From the NCBI RefSeq assembly GCF_035084215.1, contig NC_090363.1, forward strand, positions 9,424,001 through 9,488,000: a stretch of 64,000 bases of DNA. The letters run 5' to 3'. Position numbers and translations under genes: made by a program. Source of the DNA: Heptranchias perlo (taxonomy: Eukaryota). Shown here one piece after another: positions 37,120 to 51,193 of this stretch; positions within the stretch are counted from its first letter, which is position 1; each line of letters opens with the position of its first letter. The notes below the pieces were generated by a model. The model was not told where the DNA came from, ran no database searches, and saw only the letters and a list, made by a program, of their open reading frames with translations.

Positions 37120-38174
37120 GTAAGTCAAGCCAGCCAGTGAATTCCATTTATTATTTAAAAACAATATTCCACCGACATCCCTTGCACTCAGCCTCGCTAA
37201 GGGCGTGGGAATAACGTCATATGTTATCATTCTCATTTTTATATGGACTCTCCCACAAATCACACAGAACATAAGAAATAAGAGCAGGAGTAAGCCATAT
37301 GGTCCCTCAAGCCTGCTCTGCCATTCAGTAAGATCATGGCTGATCTTCTACCTTAACTCCACTTTCCTTCCCTATCCCCAAATCCCTTGATTCCCGTAGT
37401 GTCCAAAAATCTATTGATCTCGGTCTTGAATATACTCAACAACTGAGCATCCACAGCCCCCTGGGGAGAGAATTTCAAAGATTCACAGCCCTCTGAGTGA
37501 AGAAGTTTTTCCTCATCTCTGTCCTAAATGGCCGATCCCTTATCTTGAGACTATGACCCCTAGTTCTAGACTCTCCAGCCAGGGGAAACAGCCTCTCCGC
37601 ATCTACCCTGTCACGCCTTCTAAGAATTTTATACGTTTTAATGTGATGACCTCTCATTTTTCTAAGCTCCAGAGAATATAGGCCCACTCAATTCAATCTC
37701 TCCTCACAGGACAACCCTCTTATCCCAGAAATTTCCATGGCAGGAAAAAGGGGTAGAATGGAAAATCGCTGGTAGTGCACAATTTCCCGATACACCTGGC
37801 ATTTACCAGGAGTGCCAAAGTGGAAAATCACCCTTTAAGTTAGCAGTGTGACTCGAGTGCAGACAGGATGCCCGATAAGGGAAATGCAAAATATCACACT
37901 GGCGCACTATGATACTCTCTTCTGATCGTGGAGTTGAGATATATTGTTGGCAGAGAGTCGAGTGTAATTTACAATGCATCTAAGTGTACGATATCCAGCC
38001 TGTTTGGGTTTGGGGCGGGGGGTCCTTGATACTAGCGTTGGATCCGTGAAGCGCGAAGTGTTCTGTTTTTTAGCACACAAGACCTTGATAACTACACGTA
38101 TAAAGGGAAAATGTCCCTGTTTTGTAATCTGGTTTGGAATGTAGTTTAAGTTTGAAATAATGTTTCTATTTCAG

Positions 38175-38291
38175 GTCTTACACAAATGCATCATTGCACT
38201 ATGGGATTGTACATTGCTACACTGATTACTGCTGGTATTGCAACCTTGATCAAAACAATCTCTTGCTTCGTTGACTGCATCAATAAAATAA
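38175..38291 (+). CDS. Ig-5TM receptor exon 5, TM1: SLTQMHHCTMGLYIATLITAGIATLIKTISCFVDCINKI
   Basis: tttctatttcAG acceptor, A|GTAAGA donor, 117 nt, phase 1-1, open, hydrophobic helix. Confidence 0.82.
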
Positions 38292-38486
38292 GTAAGAGAA
38301 ATTTGCTCTTTACACAACTTGATGTTGAGTTTAAAACTATTACAATTTAATAAGAGACCCTGTGAAACATTTAAATGTGAGACCTGTGACATAAATTCTG
38401 GACCTCAATTTTTTGAAATTATTGATTCAAATGTGTGAATATTCTCTGCTCGAGTAATGTTGATATCAATTTGCTTATTATTCAAG

Positions 38487-38588
38487 GTCATCAGTTTCTT
38501 CAACATGTACTACAAGCCTTGCAGTTTGCCCCAATGCTTTCATTTATCAGTCTTTTCGCTGCATCTGTGTGTTGGATATGGGCTGAAG
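38487..38588 (+). CDS. Ig-5TM receptor exon 6, TM2: SHQFLQHVLQALQFAPMLSFISLFAASVCWIWAE
   Basis: ttattcaAG acceptor, AAG|GTATTG donor, 102 nt, phase 1-1, inside ORF 38435..38764. Confidence 0.75.
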
Positions 38589-38658
38589 GTATTGTATGTG
38601 CTCCTGTTACCTTTCTCTCTGTTAGTAATTGCATTTCTGTCAATACTTCTGACATCCG

Positions 38659-38892
38659 GGGGGTGATTTTAACCCCCAAGAACAGGTGGGTTGAGGGCGG
38701 GTGGGAGTTGAAAGTAGTTGTTTTTTGGGTCGCGACCGCAACCTGGTTTTATTTCCAGGTTTAACTTGGCGTGTAAAAGTACAGGCTTCCCACTGGGAAT
38801 GCAAAGTCCAAAAATTTTGCAGTTGCGACCCTAAAACAACGACTATTTTCAACTCCCAAACCCACCCATTCTTGGGGGTTAAAATCACCCCC
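38659..38892. mobile_element. PIF/Harbinger-type MITE, copy 2, 70 bp downstream of the TM2 exon
   Basis: Same TIRs and internal sequence as 1943-2184; TSD not preserved. Confidence 0.85.
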
Positions 38893-39434
38893 ACTATATT
38901 CCAGTGTAGTGGTTATGGTATTAGGCTATAGAACTCACAGGTTGTGAGTTCTAATCTCACATGGCAAACTGAATTTGAATTCAATAAATTTGCCAATTTG
39001 TGGGCTAGTACCAAAAAATAACTCTGAAAGCCGTCATTTTATTGTAAAAACTCAACTAATTCACTACGGTTGGGAATTTCCTCGGTGCTGCTCCTGCTTC
39101 GCCATCATAACTTCATTGTTCTTTTGACAAAATTATGGGGTGGAGCGGAAATAGCTCCGAAGAAATTCCTGTTCTAAAGATCATTCACCTCTTATGTGAC
39201 TACAAGTCCCACATTATACGGATACCCTCTGAAGTGGACTAAAAAACCATTTTGTTTTAAAACGTAACACTTAAGATAACTCATTCCCAAATCCTTTCCG
39301 TGGAAAAAAAAAAGTAAAAAATCCTGAAACGTGACAGTCTCCCTTGTGTTTGTGACCAGAACTGGATAAAATATTCAAGGTGTGGGCTGACTAGAGAACA
39401 CGAGTCAATCAAATATTATAATGAGGAGGAAAAC

Positions 39435-42400
39435 ATGTTGTCCAGGTCTTGCTGCATGCGGGCACGGACTGCTTCATTATCTGAGGGGTTGCAAATGCAA
39501 CTGAACACTGTGCAATCATCAGCGAACATCCCTATTTCTGACCTTATGATGGAGGGAAGGTCATTGATGAAGCAGCTGAAGATCGTTGGGCCTAGGACAC
39601 TGCCCTGAGGAACTCCTGCAGCAATGTCCTGGGGCTGAGATGATTGGCCTCCAACAACCACTACCATCTTCCTTTGTGCTAGGTATGACTCCAGCCACTG
39701 GAGAGTTTTCCCCCTGATTCCCATTGACTTCAGTTTTACTAGGGCTCCTTGGTGCCACACTCTGTTAAATGCTGCCTTGATGTCAAGGGCAATTACTCTC
39801 GCCTCACCTCTGGAATTCAGCTCTTTTGTCCATGTTTGGACCAAGGCTGTAATGAGGTCAGGAGCCGAGTGGACCTGGCGGAATCCAAACTGATCATCGG
39901 TGAGCAGGTTATTTATTGGTGAGTAAGTGCCGCTTGATGGAAGGTGTCATCGACAGTGCTATCACTTTGCTGCTGATTGAGAGTAAGCTGGTGGGGCGGT
40001 AATTGGCCGGATTGGATTTGTCCTGCATTTTGTGGACAGGACATACCTGGGCAATATTCCAGATTGTCGGGTAGATGCCAGTGTTGTAGCTGTACTGGAA
40101 CAGCTTGGCTAGAGGCACAGCTCGTTCTGGAGCACAAGTCTTCATTACTACAGCTGGGATGTTGTCGGGGCCCATAGCCTTTGCTGTATCCAGTGCACTC
40201 AGCCGTTTCTTGATATCACGTGGAGTGAATCGAATTGGCTGAAGACTGGCTTCTGTGACGGTATGAGGCCGAGATGGATCATCCGCTCGGCACTTCTGGC
40301 TGAAGATGGTTGCAAACACTTCAGCCTTGTCTTTTGTACTCACGTGCTGGACTCCATCATTGAGGATGGGGATGTTTACAGAGCCTCCTCTTCCCGTTAG
40401 TTGTTTAATTGTCCACCACAATTTACGACTGGATGTGGCAGGACTGCAGAGCTTTGATCTGATCCATTGGTTGTGGAATCGCTTAGCTCTGTCCATAGCA
40501 TGTTGCTTCTGCTGTTTAGCATGCATGTAGTCCTGAGTTGTAGCTTCACCAGGTTGACACCTCATTTTTAGGTACGCCTGGTGCTGCTCCTGGCATGCTT
40601 TTCTGCACTCCTCATTGAACCAGGGTTGATCCCCTGGCTTGTTGGTCATGTTAGAGTGAGGAATATGCCGGGCCACGAGGTTATAGATTGTGCTGGAATA
40701 CAAATCTGCTGCTTGATGTGAGCATTTGTTGGACAATCTGTACTGCAGTGTTGTAGCCCTATCTTCATCACTTGCTCATATCAAGTACTGCTCCCAATGA
40801 GAGTGCAGGATACTAAACTTACCATGTAGTGAAAATTCACCACTGGAAGCCTGGTCAACAGTAAGGTCAGAGCATGTGGAGTCAGGGACAAGTAGCAGAA
40901 TGGATAGCAAGCTGGCTTTTTTTTTATTCATTCATGGGATGTGGGCGTCGCTGGCGAGGCGAGCATTTGTTGCCCATCCCTAATTGCCCTTGAGAAGGTG
41001 GTGGTGAGCCTTCTTGAACCACTGCAGTCCATGTGGTGAAGGTTCTCCCACAGTGCTGTTAGGAAGGGAGGACCAGGATTTTGACCCAGCGACGATGCAG
41101 GAACGGTGATGTATTTCCAAGTCGGGATGGTGTTTGACTTGGAGGGGAACGTGCAGGTGGTGTTGTTCCCATGTGCCTGCTGCCCTTGTCCTTCTAGGTG
41201 GTAGAGGTTGCGGGTTTGGGAGGTGCTTTTGAAGAAGCCTTGGCGAGTTGCTGCAGTGCATCCTGTGGATGGTACACACTGCAGTCACTGTGCGCCGGTG
41301 GTGAAGGGAGTGAATGTTTAGGGTGGTGGATGGGGTGCCAGTCAAGCGGGCTGCTTTGTCCTGGATGGTGTTGAGCTTCTTGAGTGTTGGAGCTGCACTC
41401 ATCCAGGCAAGTGGAGAGTATTCCGTCACACCCCTGACTTGTGCCTTTTAGATGATGAAAAGGCTTTGGGGAGTCAGGAGGTGAGTTACTTGCTGCAGAA
41501 TACCCAGCCTCTGACCTACTCTTGTAGTCACAGTATTTATGTGGCTGGTCCAGTTAAGTTTCTGGTCAATGGTGACCCCCAGGATGTTGATGGTGGGGGA
41601 TTCGGCGATGGTAATGCCGTTGAATGTCAAGGGGAGGTGGTTAGACTCTCTTGTTGGAGATGGTCATTGCCTGGCACTTGTCTGTCGCGAATGTTATTTG
41701 CCCGTATCAGCCCAAGCCTGGATGTTGTCCAGGTCTTGCTGCATGCGGGCACGGACTGCTTCATTATCTGAGGGGTTGCAAATGCAACTGAACACTGTGC
41801 AATCATCAGCGAACATCCCTATTTCTGACCTTATGATGGAGGGAAGGTCATTGATGAAGCAGCTGAAGATCGTTGGGCCTAGGACACTGCCCTGAGGAAC
41901 TCCTGCAGCAATGTCCTGGGGCTGAGATGATTGGCCTCCAACAACCACTACCATCTTCCTTTGTGCTAGGTATGACTCCAGCCACTGGAGAGTTTTCCCC
42001 CTGATTCCCATTGACTTCAGTTTTACTAGGGCTCCTTGGTGCCACACTCTGTTAAATGCTGCCTTGATGTCAAGGGCAATTACTCTCGCCTCACCTCTGG
42101 AATTCAGCTCTTTTGTCCATGTTTGGACCAAGGCTGTAATGAGGTCAGGAGCCGAGTGGACCTGGCGGAATCCAAACTGATCATCGGTGAGCAGGTTATT
42201 TATTGGTGAGTAAGTGCCGCTTGATGGAAGGTGTCATCGACAGTGCTATCACTTTGCTGCTGATTGAGAGTAAGCTGGTGGGGCGGTAATTGGCCGGATT
42301 GGATTTGTCCTGCATTTTGTGGACAGGACATACCTGGGCAATATTCCAGATTGTCGGGTAGATGCCAGTGTTGTAGCTGTACTGGAACAGCTTGGCTAGA

Positions 42401-45287
42401 GGCACAGCTCGTTCTGGAGCACAAGTCTTCATTACTACAGCTGGGATGTTGTCGGGGCCCATAGCCTTTGCTGTATCCAGTGCACTCAGCCGTTTCTTGA
42501 TATCACGTGGAGTGAATCGAATTGGCTGAAGACTGGCTTCTGTGACGGTATGAGGCCGAGATGGATCATCCGCTCGGCACTTCTGGCTGAAGATGGTTGC
42601 AAACACTTCAGCCTTGTCTTTTGTACTCACGTGCTGGACTCCATCATTGAGGATGGGGATGTTTACAGAGCCTCCTCTTCCCGTTAGTTGTTTAATTGTC
42701 CACCACAATTTACGACTGGATGTGGCAGGACTGCAGAGCTTTGATCTGATCCATTGGTTGTGGAATCGCTTAGCTCTGTCCATAGCATGTTGCTTCTGCT
42801 GTTTAGCATGCATGTAGTCCTGAGTTGTAGCTTCACCAGGTTGACACCTCATTTTTAGGTACGCCTGGTGCTGCTCCTGGCATGCTTTTCTGCACTCCTC
42901 ATTGAACCAGGGTTGATCCCCTGGCTTGTTGGTCATGTTAGAGTGAGGAATATGCCGGGCCACGAGGTTATAGATTGTGCTGGAATACAAATCTGCTGCT
43001 TGATGTGAGCATTTGTTGGACAATCTGTACTGCAGTGTTGTAGCCCTATCTTCATCACTTGCTCATATCAAGTACTGCTCCCAATGAGAGTGCAGGATAC
43101 TAAACTTACCATGTAGTGAAAATTCACCACTGGAAGCCTGGTCAACAGTAAGGTCAGAGCATGTGGAGTCAGGGACAAGTAGCAGAATGGATAGCAAGCT
43201 GGCTTTTTTTTTATTCATTCATGGGATGTGGGCGTCGCTGGCGAGGCGAGCATTTGTTGCCCATCCCTAATTGCCCTTGAGAAGGTGGTGGTGAGCCTTC
43301 TTGAACCACTGCAGTCCATGTGGTGAAGGTTCTCCCACAGTGCTGTTAGGAAGGGAGGACCAGGATTTTGACCCAGCGACGATGCAGGAACGGTGATGTA
43401 TTTCCAAGTCGGGATGGTGTTTGACTTGGAGGGGAACGTGCAGGTGGTGTTGTTCCCATGTGCCTGCTGCCCTTGTCCTTCTAGGTGGTAGAGGTTGCGG
43501 GTTTGGGAGGTGCTTTTGAAGAAGCCTTGGCGAGTTGCTGCAGTGCATCCTGTGGATGGTACACACTGCAGTCACTGTGCGCCGGTGGTGAAGGGAGTGA
43601 ATGTTTAGGGTGGTGGATGGGGTGCCAGTCAAGCGGGCTGCTTTGTCCTGGATGGTGTTGAGCTTCTTGAGTGTTGGAGCTGCACTCATCCAGGCAAGTG
43701 GAGAGTATTCCGTCACACCCCTGACTTGTGCCTTTTAGATGATGAAAAGGCTTTGGGGAGTCAGGAGGTGAGTTACTTGCTGCAGAATACCCAGCCTCTG
43801 ACCTACTCTTGTAGTCACAGTATTTATGTGGCTGGTCCAGTTAAGTTTCTGGTCAATGGTGACCCCCAGGATGTTGATGGTGGGGGATTCGGCGATGGTA
43901 ATGCCGTTGAATGTCAAGGGGAGGTGGTTAGACTCTCTTGTTGGAGATGGTCATTGCCTGGCACTTGTCTGTCGCGAATGTTATTTGCCCGTATCAGCCC
44001 AAGCCTGGATGTTGTCCAGGTCTTGCTGCATGCGGGCACGGACTGCTTCATTATCTGAGGGGTTGCAAATGCAACTGAACACTGTGCAATCATCAGCGAA
44101 CATCCCTATTTCTGACCTTATGATGGAGGGAAGGTCATTGATGAAGCAGCTGAAGATCGTTGGGCCTAGGACACTGCCCTGAGGAACTCCTGCAGCAATG
44201 TCCTGGGGCTGAGATGATTGGCCTCCAACAACCACTACCATCTTCCTTTGTGCTAGGTATGACTCCAGCCACTGGAGAGTTTTCCCCCTGATTCCCATTG
44301 ACTTCAGTTTTACTAGGGCTCCTTGGTGCCACACTCTGTTAAATGCTGCCTTGATGTCAAGGGCAATTACTCTCGCCTCACCTCTGGAATTCAGCTCTTT
44401 TGTCCATGTTTGGACCAAGGCTGTAATGAGGTCAGGAGCCGAGTGGACCTGGCGGAATCCAAACTGATCATCGGTGAGCAGGTTATTTATTGGTGAGTAA
44501 GTGCCGCTTGATGGAAGGTGTCATCGACAGTGCTATCACTTTGCTGCTGATTGAGAGTAAGCTGGTGGGGCGGTAATTGGCCGGATTGGATTTGTCCTGC
44601 ATTTTGTGGACAGGACATACCTGGGCAATATTCCAGATTGTCGGGTAGATGCCAGTGTTGTAGCTGTACTGGAACAGCTTGGCTAGAGGCACAGCTCGTT
44701 CTGGAGCACAAGTCTTCATTACTACAGCTGGGATGTTGTCGGGGCCCATAGCCTTTGCTGTATCCAGTGCACTCAGCCGTTTCTTGATATCACGTGGAGT
44801 GAATCGAATTGGCTGAAGACTGGCTTCTGTGACGGTATGAGGCCGAGATGGATCATCCGCTCGGCACTTCTGGCTGAAGATGGTTGCAAACACTTCAGCC
44901 TTGTCTTTTGTACTCACGTGCTGGACTCCATCATTGAGGATGGGGATGTTTACAGAGCCTCCTCTTCCCGTTAGTTGTTTAATTGTCCACCACAATTTAC
45001 GACTGGATGTGGCAGGACTGCAGAGCTTTGATCTGATCCATTGGTTGTGGAATCGCTTAGCTCTGTCCATAGCATGTTGCTTCTGCTGTTTAGCATGCAT
45101 GTAGTCCTGAGTTGTAGCTTCACCAGGTTGACACCTCATTTTTAGGTACGCCTGGTGCTGCTCCTGGCATGCTTTTCTGCACTCCTCATTGAACCAGGGT
45201 TGATCCCCTGGCTTGTTGGTCATGTTAGAGTGAGGAATATGCCGGGCCACGAGGTTATAGATTGTGCTGGAATACAAATCTGCTGCT
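39435..45287. repeat. Tandem repeat, period 2287 bp, about 2.5 copies (LINE 3' part plus about 200 bp of flank)
   Basis: ORFs recur with identical translations at exact +2287 offsets (39909/42196/44483; 40980/43267). Confidence 0.95.
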
Positions 45288-46320
45288 TCTGATGGCCCAC
45301 AGCACCTCATGGAGGCCCAGTTTTGAGCTGCCAGATCTGTTCTGAATCTATCCCAATTAGCACGGTGATAGTGCCACACAACAACGTTGGATGGTGTCCT
45401 CAGTGCGAAGACTTCATCTGCACGAGGATTGTGCGGTGGTCACTCCTACCAATACTGTCATGGACAGATGCATCTGCGACAGGTAGATTGATGAGGACGA
45501 GGTCAAGTAGGTTTTTCCCTCGTGTTGGTTCACTCACCACCTGCCGCAGGCCCAGTCTGGCAGCTATGTCCTTCAAGGGCTCGGTCAGTAGTGTTGCTAC
45601 CGAGCCACTCTTGATGATGGGCATTGAAGTCCCCCACCCAGAGTACGTTCTGTACCCTTGCTACCCTCGGTGCTTCCTCCAAGTAGTGCTTAACATGGAG
45701 GAGGACTGATTCATCAGCTGAGGGAGGACGGTAGGTGGTAATCAGCAGGAGGTTTCCTTGCCCATGTTTGGCTTGATGCCATGAGATGTCATGGGGTCCG
45801 GAGTCAATGTTGAGGACTCATAGGGCCACTCCCTCCTGACTGTATATCACTGTACCGCCACCTCTGGTGGGTCTGCCCTGCCGGTGGGACAGGACATACC
45901 CAGGAATGGTGATGGAAGAGTCCGGGACGTTGGCTGAAAGGTATGATTCTGTGAGTATGGCTATGTCAGGCTGTTTGCTTGACTAGTCTGTGGGACAGCT
46001 CTCCCAATTTTGGCACAAATCCCCAGATGTTCGTGAGGAGGACTTTGCAGGCTTGGTTTGCCTTAGTCGTGTCTGGTGTCTCGTGGTCTGTCCGGTTTTA
46101 TTCTTTATTATGACTTTTTTTAAGCGATATTTTACAACTGAGTGGCTTGCTAGGCCATTTCAGAGGGCAAGAATCAACCACATTGCTGTGGGTCTGGAGT
46201 CATATGTAGGCCAGACCGGGTAAGGACGGCAGGTTTCATTACCTAAAGGGCATTAGTGAACCAGATAAGTTTTTATGACAATCCGGTAGTTTCATGGCCA
46301 CCATTATTAATACTAGTTTT
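43204..46320 (-). mobile_element. Long copy of the second Jockey-group LINE family (endonuclease + RT, frameshifted)
   Basis: PTRGKNLLDLVL...SDH endonuclease motif, [22 protein letters not shown], poly-T/ttca tail. Confidence 0.88.
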
Positions 46321-47009
46321 TTTTTAATTCCAGATTTTATTTAATTGAATTCCCCCAGCTGGCATGGCGGGATTTGAACTCATGATTCTGGATTACTAGT
46401 CTAATCACATAACCACTATGCTACTGTACCACTGCTGCAGAACAGAAAACAGAGGTTAAGAGTAGCTATGCAGACTGGCAAAAGGTGGCAAGTGATGTCC
46501 CACAAGGATCAGTGCTGGGACACTGTTGTTCACAATTTGCATTAATGATTTGGACTCTGGAATCAGAAACACAATTTGAAAATTTGCGGATGACATCAAA
46601 TTGGGTTTATAGTGAAGACTGTGACAAAATACATGGGGATTTTAATAAACTTGCAGAATGGGAGTGTAATTGGCAAATGAATTTGAATATAGATAAATGT
46701 GAAGAGTTACATTTTGGTAGGAAGAATAAGGAGGCCGCATACTGGAAAATAAGAGTAAGTGGGGTAAAGCAGCAAAGGGATCTCGGGGTACAGATACACA
46801 AATCACTAAAAGTAGCGACGCAGGTTAATAAGGCCATAATAGCAGCAAATATTGCACTGAGGTTGATTTCTAGAGGGATAGAATTGAGGAGCAGAGAAGT
46901 TATGTTGTATTGAACATTGGTTAGACCACATTTGGAGTACTGCGCACGGTTCTGGTCTCCATAGGAAGGTTACAGAACGGATGAAGGCCATTCAGCCTAT
47001 CAAGTCTGT

Positions 47010-47559
47010 TGTAGCGACCATCTCGGTCGCCATTCAAATCGCCCATGCTGAGTTCGGAGAGCCTTTTGTAAGCAGAGTTTATTCGAGCATATGCAGGGGA
47101 AAGCCTTAGTGAGCCAAGGGTCTCTCCGATTAAACAATTTCATCAGGCTTTATACACGGTACGGTTGACACTGACAGGCAGCAGTTTGTTGACCTCACGC
47201 ATGTGACCAACTAGGTCCCGTCTATACCTTGCCCATAATCATCATGGAGTCTCGCACGTGTACAGGAGCAGATGTTCCTGTTATCTCAATTGTCCTAAGC
47301 TCTTACTTCTGCCTTTCAGTGGTTTACAATTCCCCTTATCCGTGTCCGAGGTCTCCCATTATCATTATCTTAGTCCACTGTTCTTGTTACAAGGTTTCGT
47401 GAAAACATCTTTATGACAACTGCTACGGTTAAACTGCTAACACTATGCATTAGTCCTTTTTGGTCAAGCTTCCTATTATGCCTTGCGGTTACACTTATTG
47501 TCTCGTAGCTAGCATAACTTCAGTATACATACAAGGATTATACACTCACACCCCTCACA
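47010..47559 (-). mobile_element. Possible solo LTR
   Basis: TGT...ACA termini, AATAAA on - strand near 47078, inserted in a CR1 tail; no clean TSD. Confidence 0.35.
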
Positions 47560-47591
47560 TCAGCATTAATATTGCAAAGCCCATAACTCTA

Positions 47592-49866
47592 GTTTTTTTT
47601 TTATTCATTCATGGGATGTGGGCGACCCTGGCGAGGCCGGCATTTATTGCCCATCCCTAATTGCCCTAGAGAAGGTGGTGGTGAGCTGCCTTCTTGAACC
47701 ACTGCAGTCCGTGTGGTGAAGGTACTCCCACAGTGCTGTTAGGAAGGGAGTTCCAGGATTTTGACCCAGCGACGATGAAGGAACGGCGATATATTTCCAA
47801 GTCGGGATGGTGTGTGACTTAGAGGAGAACGTGCAGGTGGTGTTCCCATGTGTCTGCTGCTCTTGTCCTTCTAGGTGGTAAAGGTCGCGTGTTTGGGAGG
47901 AGCTGACGAAGAAGCCTTGGCGAGTTGCTGCAGTGCATCCTGTGGATGGTACACACTGCAGCCACTGTGCGCCGGTGGTGAAGGGAGTGAATGTTTAGGG
48001 TGGTGGATGGGGTGCCAATCAAGCGAGCTGCTTTGTCCTGGATGGTGTCGAGCTTCTTGAGTGTTGTTGGAGCTGCACTCATCCAAGCAAGTGGAGAGTA
48101 TTCCATCACACTCCTGACTTATGCCTTGTAGATGATGGAACGGCTTTGGGGAGTCAGGAGGTGAGTCACTTGCTGCAGAATACCCAGCCTCTGACCTGCT
48201 CTTGTAGCCACAGTATTTATATGGCTGGTCCAGTTAAGTTTCTGGTCAATGGTGACCCCCAGGATGTTGATGGTGGGGGATTCGGCGATGGTAATGCCGT
48301 TGAATGTCAAGGGGGGCTGGTTAGACTCTCTTGTTGGAGATGGTCATTGCCTGGCACTTCTCCGGCGCGAATGTTACTTGCCACTTATCAGCCCAAGCCT
48401 GGATGTTGTCCAGGTCTTGCTGCATGCGGGCTCGGACTGCTTCATTATTTGAGCGGTTGCGAATGGAACTGATCACTGTGCAATCATCAGCGAACATCCC
48501 TATTTCTGACCTTATGATGGAGGGTAGGTCATTGATGAAGCAGCTAAAGATGGTTGGGCCCAGGACACTGCCCTGAGGAACTCCTGCAGCAGTGCCCTGG
48601 GGCTGAGATGATTGGCCTCCAACAACCACTACCATCTTCCTTTGTGCTAGGTATGACTCCAGCCACTGGAGAGTTTTCCCCCTGATTCCCATTGACTTCA
48701 ATTTTACTCGGTCAAATGCTGCCTTGATGTCAAGGGCAGTCACTCTCATCTCACCTCTGGAATTCAGCTCTTTTGTCTATGTTTGGACCAAGGCTGTAAT
48801 GAGGTCTGGAGCCGAGTGGTCCTGGCGGAACCCAAACTGAGCATCGGTGAGCAGGTTATTGGTGCCGCTTGATCGCACTGTCGACGACACCTTCCATCAC
48901 TTTGCTGATGTTCGAGAGTTGACTGATGGGGCGGTAATTGGCCGGATTGGATTTGTCCTGCTTTTTGTGGACAGGACATACCTGGGCAATTTTCCACATT
49001 GTCTGGTAGATGCCAGTATTGTAGCTGTACTGGAACAGCTTGGCTAGAGGCGCAGCTAGTTTTGGAGCACAAGTCATCAGCACTGCAGCTGGGATGTTGT
49101 CAGGGCCCATAGCCTTTGCTGTATGCAGTGCACTCAGCCGTTTCTTGATATCACGTGGAGTGAATTGAATTGGCTGAAGACTGGCTTCTGTGATGGTGGG
49201 GATATCGGGAGGAGGCCGAGATGGATCATCCGCTCGGCACTTCTGGCTGAAGATGGTTGCAAAGGCTTCAGCCTTGTCTTTTGCACTCACGTGCTGGACT
49301 CCGCCATTATTGAGGATGGGGATGTTTGCAGAGCCTCTTCCTCCCGTTAGTTGTTTAATTGTCCACCACCATTCACGACTGGATGTGGCAGGACTGCAGA
49401 GCTTTGATCTGATCTGTTGGTTGTGGAATCGCTTAGCTCTGTCTATAGCATGTTGCTTCCGCTGTTTAGCATGCATGTGGTCCTGAGTTGTAGCTTCACC
49501 AGGTTGGCACCTCATTTTTGGGTACGCCGGGTGCTGCTCCTGGCATGCTCTTCTACACTCCTCATTGAACCAGGGTTGATCCCCTGGTTTGTTGGTAATG
49601 GTAGAGTGAGGAATATGCCGGGCCATGAGGTTACAGATTGTGCTGGAATACAATTCTGCTGCTGCTGATGGCCCACAGTGCCTCATGGATGCCCAGTTTT
49701 GTGCTGCTAGATCTGTTCTGAATCTATTCCCATTTAGCACTGTGATAGTGCCACACAACACGTTGGATGGTGTCCTCAGTGTGAAGACGGGACTTCACCT
49801 CCACGAGGACTGTGCGGTGGTCACTCCTACCAATACTGTCAAGGACAGATGCATTTGCGACAGGTG
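47592..49866 (-). mobile_element. Second-family LINE copy; older copies at about 57010-57830 and 59000-60070
   Basis: ORFs 47819, 48321 and 48856 are homologous to 43267, 43981 and 44483. Confidence 0.88.
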
Positions 49867-51067
49867 TTGCCACGACAGAGTCCGTGCCGGCTCTATGCAA
49901 GAGCAATCCAGCTAGTCCCACTCCCCCGCGCTACCCCTGTAGTCCTGCAAATTTTTTTCCTTTCAAGTACTTATCCAGTTCCCTTTTGAAGGCCATGTTT
50001 GAATCTGCCTCCACCACCCCCTCAGACATTGCATTCCAGATCCTAACCACTCGCTGTATTAAAAAAAAATCCTCATGTCCCCTATGATTCTTTTGTCAAT
50101 CACTTTAAATCTATGTCCTCTGGTTTTTGATCCTTCCGCCAGTGGGCACAGTTTCTCTCTATCTACTCTGTCTAGACCTTTCATGATTTTGAATACCTCT
50201 ATCAAATCTCCTCTCAACTTTCCGTGTTCCAAGGAGAATAACCCCAGCTTCTCCAGTCTATCCACGTAAGTAAATTCCCTCATCCCCGGAATCATTCTAG
50301 TAAATCTCTTCCGCACCTTCTCTAAAGCCTTCACATCTTTCCTAAAATGCGGTGCCCAGAACTGGACATAATACTCTAGCTGTGGCTGAACCAGTGTTTG
50401 TTTTATAAAAGTTCATCATGACTTCCTTGCTTTCGTACTCTCTGCCTCTATTTATAAAGCCCAGGATCCCATATGCTTGTTTTTAAACTGCTTTCTCAAC
50501 CTGCCCTACCACCTTCAACAATTTGTGTACATATATCCCCCAGATCTCTCTGTTTGTGTACCCCTTTTAGAATTGTGCCCATATTATAAAAAGGATATTG
50601 AGGCACTGGAGAAGGTGCAAAAAAGATTTATAAGGATGATACCAGAACTGAGAGGTTATACTTATCAGGAAAGGCTGAACAGGCTTGGGGCTTTTTTCTC
50701 TAGAAGAGAGGGCTGAGCTATGACCTAATTGAGGTCTTTAAAATTATGAAGGGGTTTGATAGGGAAGACATAGAGAAGATGTTTCCACTTGTAGGGGAAA
50801 CCAAAACTAGGGCCATAAATATAAGATAATCACTAATAAATCCAATAGGAAATTCAAGAGAAACTTCTTTACCCAGAGAGTAGTTAGAATGTCGAACTCA
50901 CTACCACAAGGAGTTAGAGGTGAATAACTTAAGAGGAAGCTAGATTAGCACATGAGGGAGAAAGGAATAGAAGGATGTGATTAAATGATGAGGGTTGGAG
51001 GAGGCTCGTGTAGATTCCCTAATCTATGAATTTGTGTAATTTTATGCATCTTTTATTACTTTAATAG

Positions 51068-51193
51068 GATGTTCTAGAATCAAAGTGTTTGTGTTGGTGC
51101 TTTCGTGTCTTCTGATCATATTAACCACGTTACCGGCTTTTAGTAGGATGACCTGTGCCCCAAAATGGTTAAAAAAGATCTTGTCGACCAAAC
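51068..51193 (+). CDS. Ig-5TM receptor exon 7, TM3: GCSRIKVFVLVLSCLLIILTTLPAFSRMTCAPKWLKKILSTK
   Basis: T-rich tract plus aatAG acceptor, C|GTAAGT donor, 126 nt, phase 1-1. Strongly hydrophobic helix followed by a basic loop. Confidence 0.82.

Larger units (their letters stand above)
46440..51010 (+). mobile_element. CR1 (+) split at ccata (about 46962 / 50579) by a CR1 (-), itself interrupted by further elements
   Basis: ...ttctggtctccata resumes as ccatattataaaaaggat. The minus-strand CR1 tail at 46963-47009 resumes at about 49879. Confidence 0.75.
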
